Positions 15,416 through 22,936 of a DNA stretch of 32,387 nucleotides are shown piece after piece. The stretch covers positions 1 through 32,387 of the forward strand of contig DASURT010000146.1 in the NCBI GenBank assembly GCA_036375515.1, in the 5' to 3' direction. The stretch's first letter is position 1; each line of letters opens with the position of its first letter. The translations under genes and the position numbers were made by a program. This DNA comes from Sphingomicrobium sp. GTDB taxonomy: Bacteria > Pseudomonadota > Alphaproteobacteria > Sphingomonadales > Sphingomonadaceae. The notes under the pieces are model-generated. The model had not been told where the DNA came from. It did not search any database and was given only the letters and a program-made list of their open reading frames with translations.

Positions 15416-16819
15416 ATGATCGATTCACCGGTTTTCTTCAGCGGGATCGGCGGCAGCGGGATGCTTCCGCTTGCGTCTATCGTGCGCGCGGGCGGCGCCA
15501 GGGTTGCCGGTTCGGACCGATCGCTCGATGCGGGGCGGACGCCGCATAAATTCGATTATCTACGGTCGCTGGGGATCCAGCTGTTCCCGCAGGATGGGTC
15601 GGGACTGCAGCCGGGCATGACTCTCGTGACTTCCGCCGCTGTGGAGGACACGGTGCCGGACGTTGTCCGCGCCCGCGAGCTGGGCCTGCCGCATCTCACC
15701 CGGCCGCAATTCCTCGCCAAGCTCTTGAACGAGGCGCAGCGCAGCGTTGCGGTCGGCGGGACCAGCGGGAAGTCGACCGTGACGGGCATGATCGGGTGGA
15801 TCCTCCACGCCTGCCACCGCCAGCCGACGGTGATGAACGGCGCGGTGATGAAAAACTTCGTCACGCCCTCGGCGCCGTTCGCCAGCGCGCTGGTCGGCGA
15901 CCCGGAGCTGTTCGTCAGCGAAGTCGACGAAAGCGACGGCTCGATCGCGCTCTATAAGCCGGAGATCGCGGTGCTGACCAACATCAGCCTCGACCACAAG
16001 GAGCTGGTCGAACTGCGCGAGCTGTTCGCCCATTTCCTCAACCGGTCGCACAAGGCGGTCCTCAATCTCGACGATCCGGAGACACGGGCTCTCGCCGGGA
16101 CGGTCCCGTCCGACAAGGTGATCGGCTATGGCTTCGACAGCCCCGGCACCGACTTCATGGGCAAGGACCTGCAGCTCGAAGCGGATGGAGCGGCCTTCGC
16201 GCTCGAGGCCGAGGGCAATCGGCATGAGGTCCGGCTATCGGTGCCCGGCCGCCACAACGCATCCAATGCGCTGGCCGCGCTGGCGGCGGTCCGGGCGCTC
16301 GGCGTCCGACTCGAGGAAGCGATCGATGCGCTCGCCCGCTTCGAGGGCCTGAGGCGGCGGTTGGAGACCGTCGGGACGGCCGGCGGAGTGACGGTGATCG
16401 ACGATTTCGCGCATAACCCCGACAAGATCGAGGCGACCCTTGCGACCCTCCACGCGAGGCCTGGCCGGGTGCTGATCATGTTCCAGCCGCATGGCTACGG
16501 ACCGCTCGCCAAGATGGGCGAGCAACTGGCCGAGGGGTTCGCGAACGGAATGGCTCCGGACGACCGGCTGTACCTGCCCGATCCCGTCTATCAGGGCGGA
16601 ACGGTCGAGCGGATTCGCGGCTCCGATTGGCTGGCGGAGCGGGTCCGCGACCGCGGGCGCGAGGCGGAGCATGTTCCGGAACGCGCCAGGATCGGCGAAG
16701 CGCTGCTCGCGGAGGCCAAGGATGGCGACCGGATCGTGATCATGGGCGCGCGCGACGACACGCTCAGCGAGTTCGCGCAGCAGCTGGTGGAGCGGCTGGC
16801 GGAAACAACTTCCCAGTGA
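15416..16819 (+). CDS. Mur ligase family protein (MurC/Mpl-like, outside the dcw cluster)
   Basis: GIGGSGM, V.GSD, P-loop GTSGKSTVT, EVDESDGS, NI.LDH, GRHNASNA, RR.E and DDFAHNP.K, FQPH motifs. Confidence 0.88.
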   Translation: MIDSPVFFSGIGGSGMLPLASIVRAGGARVAGSDRSLDAGRTPHKFDYLRSLGIQLFPQDGSGLQPGMTLVTSAAVEDTVPDVVRARELGLPHLTRPQFLAKLLNEAQRSVAVGGTSGKSTVTGMIGWILHACHRQPTVMNGAVMKNFVTPSAPFASALVGDPELFVSEVDESDGSIALYKPEIAVLTNISLDHKELVELRELFAHFLNRSHKAVLNLDDPETRALAGTVPSDKVIGYGFDSPGTDFMGKDLQLEADGAAFALEAEGNRHEVRLSVPGRHNASNALAALAAVRALGVRLEEAIDALARFEGLRRRLETVGTAGGVTVIDDFAHNPDKIEATLATLHARPGRVLIMFQPHGYGPLAKMGEQLAEGFANGMAPDDRLYLPDPVYQGGTVERIRGSDWLAERVRDRGREAEHVPERARIGEALLAEAKDGDRIVIMGARDDTLSEFAQQLVERLAETTSQ

Positions 16820-16835
16820 CAGCGGTTGATCTCCC

Positions 16836-17213
16836 ATGGCGAGGCCGGGAACCGTCACGGGATGGAAGCTTCCGGAGAGCGAGCGCGAGGCGCTGCTCGC
16901 CCGCTTTCCGCCGAAATACGAGACCGTCATCGCCGATCATGTGACCCTGCGCGTCGGAGCCACTCCGGCCACGCCGCTGCCGCCCGAGCCGGATGCCAGG
17001 ATCGTCGGCCGCGCGGACGATGGCCGGAGTCTCGAATGCCTTGTCGTCGAGCTCGATGGGACGACCGACCGACCCGACGGCTCGACTTACCACATCACCT
17101 GGTCCCTCGGTCCCGGGCGCGAGGCCCGCGAAAGCAACGATGTGCTGCGCGACCGTGGATGGGCGCCCCTCCCCGCTCCCATTGCGATCGACCTCGACCC
17201 GGCGCGTTTCTGA
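16836..17213 (+). CDS. Small putative 2H-phosphoesterase
   Basis: 125 aa containing two HxT motifs (DHVTL, YHITW). Confidence 0.65.
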   Translation: MARPGTVTGWKLPESEREALLARFPPKYETVIADHVTLRVGATPATPLPPEPDARIVGRADDGRSLECLVVELDGTTDRPDGSTYHITWSLGPGREARESNDVLRDRGWAPLPAPIAIDLDPARF

Positions 17214-17719
17214 TGCCCAAAGGCAACCCACGCCTTTTCCTGGACGCGGACGGCGTGCTCGCCGATTTCGACGAAGGCGTTCGGCTCCTGCTCGGAATGA
17301 GCCCGGCCGCGTTCGAGGCGAGGCAGGGTAAGCGCGAATTCTGGCGGCGACTGGCGAATGCGCCGGATTTCTACGGCGGCCTGCCTGAAATGCCGGACGC
17401 GCGCCTGCTCTTCGATGCGGTCAGGCATCTGAAGCCGGCGATCCTGACCGGCCTGCCGCTCGGCAACTGGGCGGCGCCGCAGAAGGTGCGATGGGCGGCC
17501 AGGCATTTTCCGGGTGTTCCGATCATCACCTGCATGGCGCGCGACAAGCACCGGCACATGAGACCGGGCGACGTTCTGGTCGATGACCGCGAGAACCATC
17601 GCGCGACTTATGAAGCGCACGGCGTGATCTTCGTGCACCACAAGAGCGCCGAGGACAGCCTCAGGCAGCTCGCGGAGATCTTCCCGTCTGTGAAGGTGCC
17701 GGAAGCCGAAAAGGCTTAG
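17213..17719 (+). CDS. HAD-superfamily 5'(3')-nucleotidase-like protein (NT5C-like)
   Basis: Start reassigned to MPKGN (TGATG overlap); motif I LFLDADGVLADF, motif II ILTG, Lys in QK.RW / DK, motif IV LVDDR. Confidence 0.82.
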   Translation: MPKGNPRLFLDADGVLADFDEGVRLLLGMSPAAFEARQGKREFWRRLANAPDFYGGLPEMPDARLLFDAVRHLKPAILTGLPLGNWAAPQKVRWAARHFPGVPIITCMARDKHRHMRPGDVLVDDRENHRATYEAHGVIFVHHKSAEDSLRQLAEIFPSVKVPEAEKA

Positions 17720-18267
17720 GCCGCCGTCTTGAGATCGACCTTCTCGACCCACTCCGGCCAGAATACCGGCTCGCGGCTCGACCAGCCGGGCGCGGTTGCC
17801 GCGCTCTCGCTGATCGACTGGAGCAGGACACGCCGGCGGTCCGGGTGCAGATGCGGCAGGGCCGCGGCCGCGCAAAAGGCCGATGGCAGCCACGGGCGCG
17901 ACGCCGCGCCGATCAGCCGCTCGTAGAGGAAGCGATAGGCGGCAAAGTTGGGTAGGCGGTCCTGGCCGAGATCGAACGCGGAGATGGTGATCAACATGCC
18001 GATGAACGGCTCGATCATGTCGAGGCCGCTATCGTCGGGAACCTGGAGGCGCAGGTGATCGAGCTGCTTGTACAGCCGGGCCTGGGCGCGGATCGAGGCC
18101 GCCTCGCCCTCATCGCGGGCCCAACATTCCATCGGGTCGCGGCGGCCGTAAGCCACGTCGAGCGACCGGCGGATGTAGCGCTGCGTAGCCTTGGTGAAGC
18201 TCGCAAACTCCTTCATCTCCGAGATCAGCATCGCGCCGCTTGCCGGCTGGCTGGTCCGCGTAATCAT
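17716..18267 (-). CDS. Hypothetical protein
   Basis: Start MITRTSQ follows AAAAGGAG; 183 aa with host-like codon usage; no motif recognised. Confidence 0.75.
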   Translation of the reverse strand: MITRTSQPASGAMLISEMKEFASFTKATQRYIRRSLDVAYGRRDPMECWARDEGEAASIRAQARLYKQLDHLRLQVPDDSGLDMIEPFIGMLITISAFDLGQDRLPNFAAYRFLYERLIGAASRPWLPSAFCAAAALPHLHPDRRRVLLQSISESAATAPGWSSREPVFWPEWVEKVDLKTAA

Positions 18268-18463
18268 GTACCCGACTCCTTTTGCCCGGGCAGGATCATG
18301 CGGCGGATTTGGTTGCGTATTGCTTAACCACAGTCCCACCCCCCGTTCAGATTGAATCAGAGGGGAGTCACTGCGTCTAGGCCATAAATTAACCGGAGCG
18401 TTCAAAACTGTGGATTGTTGATTTATTGCAACGGCGGTGGCGGATTTGTGACGGTTGCGTAAC

Positions 18464-18700
18464 CTACTCGGGAAATCCCGATGAAGGCACCGGCTCGTCC
18501 TTCCGGCCCGGTTGGGCGGCCGCCGATGGATCCGATGCGTCCATCGACTCATCGCTTCCGACATCGACCTTGGCGTCCTGATCGTCCGGATTGCGCCTCA
18601 GCTTGTGCTCGAACTCGCGGTCCGGTTCGCGCGGGTGGACAGCCGGAGGGACGTCCCCCCCGCTCGCGCGATTGCCGCCTGGCTTGCGCTTCTTGTTCAT
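18464..18700 (-). CDS. Small hydrophilic protein, likely general-stress regulon member
   Basis: 78 aa from MNKKRK; contains D.GSDESMDASDP, resembling the 'ESFPASDP' small-protein motif; lies directly behind an EcfG-type promoter. Confidence 0.65.
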   Translation of the reverse strand: MNKKRKPGGNRASGGDVPPAVHPREPDREFEHKLRRNPDDQDAKVDVGSDESMDASDPSAAAQPGRKDEPVPSSGFPE

Positions 18701-18712
18701 TGCAAGGGAAGT

Positions 18713-18737
18713 AACGAGCGGGCGTGGTCCGCGTTCC
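18713..18737 (-). promoter_or_regulatory. SigmaEcfG (general stress response) promoter
   Basis: GGAAC-N16-CGTT on the minus strand, 12 nt upstream of the ATG at 18700; matches the EcfG/SigT consensus. Confidence 0.8.
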
Positions 18738-18831
18738 GGGGATGGCGGCGTTTCGACCGACTGCGGGGGTCGTTCTGCCAACGGTCAAGGGGCGGTTTCA
18801 GCGGCGTTCATTTGCGGTAAAGAAAGAGCCG

Positions 18832-20046
18832 ATGTTCATGGTGCAACCTCCGATTGTCCGCAGCCGGTTCAGGGACTGGCCGCTCGCGGTAAAGTCGATC
18901 CTCGGTTTCTGGCTCGTCTATTATTCGACCGTTGTCGCGCGGGCGTTCCTCACGGAAGACGCCGGCACGATCATGCTCAACCGGGCGCTGACGTTGGTCA
19001 TCGGCATCGCCCTCACGGCCGCGATCTACGTCATCGTCGGCCTGTTCGCGCGCTCGGCAAGCCTGACGCGCCGTGTCGTAATCGGACTCATTGCCTCGTT
19101 CGTCGCTGCCTGTGCGCAGGCGGGGCTCCTGATCTCGGCCGACCGCTTCCTCGAGAAGCCACAGGAAGAAATGCGGTTCGTCTCGCGCGAAGGCTACAAT
19201 GTGGTCGAAACCGGCAACACGATGCGGGTCGAGCGGGCCGGTCAGGAACCGCTGGTGCTGACCTGGCCGAGGATGGCGGAGCTGAAATCATGGGACCAGT
19301 TCCGCTATGCGGCAGATTCAACCGTTACCTGGTTCTTCTTCTTCGCTGCCTGGACCGCCTTCTACATGGCGATGCTCGCGCAGGCCGACGCTCTCCGGGC
19401 TCAGCGCCGGCTTGCCGACGCGGAGAGCGCCGCGCAGGCAGCCCAGGTCCGGGCCCTTCGCTACCAGGTCAATCCGCACTTCCTGTTCAATACGTTAAAC
19501 TCGCTTTCCTCGCTGGTGATGACGGGCCGGACCGATCGCGCCGAGGGAATGCTTCTCGCGCTGTCGACCTTCTTCCGCACCAGCCTCTCGCTCGATCCCA
19601 CTGCGGACGTGACGCTCGCCGAGGAAATCGACCTCCAGCGCCTGTACCTCGACATCGAGAAGGCCAGGTTCCCGGACCGCCTTCACGTCGAGATCGATCT
19701 GCCGGAGGAGTTGGAGCAGGCGCGGCTCCCCACCCTGATCCTCCAGCCCATTATCGAGAATGCGATCAAATATGGGGTGTCGAAGAGCCGTAAGGCGGTC
19801 CTCCTCCGGATCGAGGGGCGTCACCTCGGCGACGGCCGAATGGTCCTGGAGATCAGCAACCGGTTGAAGCACGGCGGCAAGGACGAACTTCCCGCCGCGA
19901 CTCACGAAGGCACGGGTCTCGGTCTGGCCAATGTCTGCCAACGTCTCGAAGCACGCTTCGGAAGCCGCGCAAGCTGCCGTTTCGGGCCGATGGCCGGCGG
20001 CGGCTTCAAGGTGTCGCTCACACTTCCGGTGGAAATGAATGGCTGA
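18832..20046 (+). CDS. LytS/YehU-type membrane sensor histidine kinase
   Basis: N-terminal TM helices; ALRYQVNPHFLFNTLN (H box), YL.IEK.RF.DRL, LQPIIENAIKYG (N box), GTGLGLANV..RL (G box). Confidence 0.93.
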   Translation: MFMVQPPIVRSRFRDWPLAVKSILGFWLVYYSTVVARAFLTEDAGTIMLNRALTLVIGIALTAAIYVIVGLFARSASLTRRVVIGLIASFVAACAQAGLLISADRFLEKPQEEMRFVSREGYNVVETGNTMRVERAGQEPLVLTWPRMAELKSWDQFRYAADSTVTWFFFFAAWTAFYMAMLAQADALRAQRRLADAESAAQAAQVRALRYQVNPHFLFNTLNSLSSLVMTGRTDRAEGMLLALSTFFRTSLSLDPTADVTLAEEIDLQRLYLDIEKARFPDRLHVEIDLPEELEQARLPTLILQPIIENAIKYGVSKSRKAVLLRIEGRHLGDGRMVLEISNRLKHGGKDELPAATHEGTGLGLANVCQRLEARFGSRASCRFGPMAGGGFKVSLTLPVEMNG

Positions 20047-20049
20047 GCG

Positions 20050-20330
20050 AGGGTCTGAGCCCATGATCAGCGAGAGCCGGGACATGGCTCCTGCCGGATG
20101 CAGGGCGAGGAGAAGCGCGAAGCGCGTAGCAGGACCTACGGTCCAGCGCTTCGACGAAACGATGCGCCGGCAGGGCCATGCCCTCCGGGTGGGACGCAAA
20201 AGCGCCCTCGAGCTTTCGTTTGTTCGTTCGCTCACTTGCCAGGTAGGTCCCGCTACCTGTCTTCACTCGCTCACTCCCAGAACGCTTTTTCGTCACCATC
20301 ACGGCCTCGTTGATCATGAGTTCAGACCCT
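20050..20330. mobile_element. 281-bp non-autonomous palindromic element (MITE / RPE-like)
   Basis: 25-bp terminal inverted repeats AGGGTCTGAGCCCATGATCAGCGAG (20050-20074) and 20306-20330, matching at 22/25. Nested internal inverted repeats 20083-20097/20167-20180 and 20126-20139/20243-20256. No transposase. Confidence 0.8.
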
Positions 20331-21062
20331 AAGCCACTCCACGTTCTCATTGCCGATGACGAGCCGCTGGCGGCGGAGCGGTTGCAATTGCTTCTGGCCA
20401 AAGCCGAGGGCGCGCAGCTCGTCGGCACGGCCAGCGACGGCGACTCCGCCATCAACCTGACCGAGGCGCTCTCACCCGATCTCCTGCTGCTGGACATCGC
20501 GATGCCCGGGCTCGACGGCATCGGGGTTGCTCGTGCGCTCGCCGGCATGAATCCGTCGCCGGCCGTCGTGTTCGTTACGGCTTTCGACCAGTTCGCGGTC
20601 GCCGCATTCGAGGTGGAGGCGGTCGACTATCTGATGAAGCCGGTCGACCCGGCGCGGCTGCAGCGGGCGCTCGACCGCGCGCGAGCCTATTTGCAGCAAC
20701 GCACATTGAAGCCGGCCGCGAAGCAATCGCAATGGCTGGAGGAATTCTGGGCGTCAGACCTGTCGGGCCTGGTCCGGATCGCCGCGCGGGACGTGGACCG
20801 GGTGTCCGCCGAGCGCGACTACATGCGGCTGCACGTCGGTCGCCGGAGCTGGCTCATTCATCATTCGATGACCGCGCTCGAGGAAGGGCTCGATCCGGAG
20901 TTTTTCGTTCGGCTGCATCGCTCGGCAATCGTTCGCAAGGATTTCATTTCGGGATTTACCCGCAATCCGTCAGGGCGCTGGATCGCGCGGCTGGCGGACG
21001 GCGAGGAGCAGCCGGTCGGCCGTCTCTATTCCGATCGGGTCAGGGCAATCGCCGGCCGCTGA
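20316..21062 (+). CDS. LytTR family response regulator
   Basis: Receiver domain (VLIADDEPLA, LLLDIAMPGLDG, FVTAFD, DYLMKP) plus LytTR domain (L..LE..L....F.RLHRSAIV); the available ATG lies inside the MITE right repeat. Confidence 0.92.
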   Translation: MSSDPKPLHVLIADDEPLAAERLQLLLAKAEGAQLVGTASDGDSAINLTEALSPDLLLLDIAMPGLDGIGVARALAGMNPSPAVVFVTAFDQFAVAAFEVEAVDYLMKPVDPARLQRALDRARAYLQQRTLKPAAKQSQWLEEFWASDLSGLVRIAARDVDRVSAERDYMRLHVGRRSWLIHHSMTALEEGLDPEFFVRLHRSAIVRKDFISGFTRNPSGRWIARLADGEEQPVGRLYSDRVRAIAGR

Positions 21063-21096
21063 CCGCCGCGCGCCGGGGACACAGCACGCGGCGGTC
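21061..21096. terminator. Hairpin between the convergent LytTR and urcA-family genes
   Basis: 10-bp perfect stem GACCGCCGCG/CGCGGCGGTC. Confidence 0.45.
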
Positions 21097-21107
21097 CCGG
21101 GGCGGAC

Positions 21108-21452
21108 TCACCGTGCGGTCACGATGAGTGAGGCCGCACCGACGGTAACCGTGCCACGACGCGACGAATCGATCGCCGCCTCATAGGCGGGACGGGTCGC
21201 ATCAACGGCGCCGATCCGGCACTTCTCGGCGGCAAGCATACGCTCGAGCTCGCGAGTGTAGCCGACCTCGCACACGACATTCGCGGCTATTCCGATGCGC
21301 CGGAGGAGCACGGTCTGGCCGCTCGGGGAAAGCAGGTCCAGGTCCGCGTAGGACACGGCCATGGACGTCGGGGCCTCGGCATGGCTGACGGTCGGCAACA
21401 CCAGCGCCGACGCCGCGAGAACGGCAGCGAAGGCGGAAATGGTCTTCAACAT
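21108..21452 (-). CDS. UrcA family secreted protein
   Basis: Start MLKTIS follows AAAAAGGAG; signal peptide; VSYADLDL.S..G...L..RI..AA..VC...C pattern with two Cys. Confidence 0.85.
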   Translation of the reverse strand: MLKTISAFAAVLAASALVLPTVSHAEAPTSMAVSYADLDLLSPSGQTVLLRRIGIAANVVCEVGYTRELERMLAAEKCRIGAVDATRPAYEAAIDSSRRGTVTVGAASLIVTAR

Positions 21453-21594
21453 GTCGCGTCTCCTTTTTCGCGACACGGGGGCGGCTGGGGATTTGAGAGG
21501 GGACATGCCCCCGCGTCGCACGATCCAGATGCAACGGCGGCGGGGCGAAGTCTCGCGCCGCTCGACGGGCAGTCGGGCGGATTGTCGGCATTCC

Positions 21595-21632
21595 GACAAA
21601 CGCCCTTCGTCCGATGCTCAATCGACGAACGG
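21595..21632 (-). promoter_or_regulatory. Candidate LytTR (AlgR-type) binding boxes upstream of the urcA-family gene
   Basis: Minus-strand CCGTTCGTC (21624-21632) and GCGTTTGTC (21595-21603); plus-strand CCCTTCGTC (21603-21611). Confidence 0.5.
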
Positions 21633-21646
21633 CGGTCAGCGGGCGT

Positions 21647-22936
21647 TCAGGTTTCGGAGGCCTCGCGCGGGGAAGATCGGTCGACCGCGGTCGTTACCGC
21701 CACATCCATCGTCACGTTTCCGACCGTACGGAAGATGTCCGGGACCATTTCGACCGCGACCAGCAGCGCGAGGGGCGCGATCGGCACTCCGAGCGCCAGC
21801 GCAATCGGAGCGATGGAGCTGATGAACGTGATCTCGCCCGGCAGGCTGACGGCGCCGTAGCTCATGACTGCTCCGACCGCTGTCGCGGCGATCATCTGCG
21901 CGAGCGTCGGCTCATAGCCGAGCCAATGGGCCACATAGAACGCGACCGCCGTGTTCATCGCCGGCCCGGTCGCCCGGAACAACGCGACGCAGATCGGAAG
22001 GCTTACGTCCGCCACCTGATCGCGGATGCCCATGACGCGGGCGGAAGCGAGCATCGCCGGCAAGGAGGCGAGCGATGAGCGGGTCGAGATCGCAACGGCC
22101 TGTGGCGCGATCATCGCCTTGGCAAACTTCCCCGGGCTCACTCGCCCGGCCAGGATCGCGAGCGGATAGCCGGCAAGAGTGACCAGAATGCCGACGATCG
22201 AGATCAGCACAACATAATGGCCGAGCCCCGCGAAGGCCGCTCCGCCCGCCTCCGACCCGACGGAGAAAGCCAAGGCGAATACCCCCAGGGGGGCGGTCCA
22301 CAGGACCCAGCCGATGATCACCAGCAAGGCGTCGCCGATGGCCTCGAACAGGTCCACGACCGAGCGCCGGCCCGCCTGGCCGATCCGCAGGAGCGCCAGC
22401 GCGAACAGGACGGCGAAGACTACCAGCGGCAGGACATTCCCATTGGCCGCGGCCGCGATCACATTATCGGGGATCACTCCCTTGAAGAACTCGGCCACGC
22501 CCGGCAGCGGCCCGGAGGCCGCCGGCTCGATTCCGGACAGCGCGGCCCGAAGTCCCTCGGCGGTCCCGCGCGGCAGCGGAAAGAACCCGACTAGCAGAGA
22601 GATCGCGACCGCGCCGAAAATCGCCGAAGCCGTGCACACGGCAACGATCCAGCATACCGATCGGGCGGCGATCCGCCCCGCCCGCGCCGCCTCCGCGCTT
22701 CTCGCGATGCCGGTCACGAGGAGCACGACGACGAGCGGGATGACCGTCATCTTGAGCGCGTTCAGCCACAAGGTGCCGACGAAACCCGCAACCGCGAGCG
22801 CATCGTCGTGCAAAACGGGCTGAAGTTTCCCCGCGGCCGCTCCGGCGAGCAATCCGGCAAGCAGGGCCGCCAGCGCCCAGTAAGCGCGAGACCCGCGAAT
22901 GGGGCGGGCGGCGGCGGCCTCCGCTTGTTCGCTCAA
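21647..22936 (-). CDS. Dicarboxylate/amino acid:cation symporter (DAACS family)
   Basis: Multiple TM helices; G.LWLNALKM.VIPLV, STRSSLASLP and DIFRTVGNVT.D motifs. Confidence 0.92.
   Translation of the reverse strand: MSEQAEAAAARPIRGSRAYWALAALLAGLLAGAAAGKLQPVLHDDALAVAGFVGTLWLNALKMTVIPLVVVLLVTGIARSAEAARAGRIAARSVCWIVAVCTASAIFGAVAISLLVGFFPLPRGTAEGLRAALSGIEPAASGPLPGVAEFFKGVIPDNVIAAAANGNVLPLVVFAVLFALALLRIGQAGRRSVVDLFEAIGDALLVIIGWVLWTAPLGVFALAFSVGSEAGGAAFAGLGHYVVLISIVGILVTLAGYPLAILAGRVSPGKFAKAMIAPQAVAISTRSSLASLPAMLASARVMGIRDQVADVSLPICVALFRATGPAMNTAVAFYVAHWLGYEPTLAQMIAATAVGAVMSYGAVSLPGEITFISSIAPIALALGVPIAPLALLVAVEMVPDIFRTVGNVTMDVAVTTAVDRSSPREASET

Noticed and set aside
13566-15428. 620-aa antisense ORF, and similar long shadow ORFs such as 25745-27253 and 28104-29348
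   Set aside because: They mirror well-supported genes on the opposite strand and have no recognisable motifs; such ORFs are expected in GC-rich DNA.
18755-18784. Degenerate LytTR-like repeats 21 bp apart (GACCGACTG / TGCCAACGG) upstream of the kinase
   Set aside because: Each has several mismatches to CCGTTCGTC; too weak without comparative data.
20039-20332. 97-aa ORF as an independent gene
   Set aside because: It is the regulator's apparent original start reading into the MITE; it is covered under the MITE finding.
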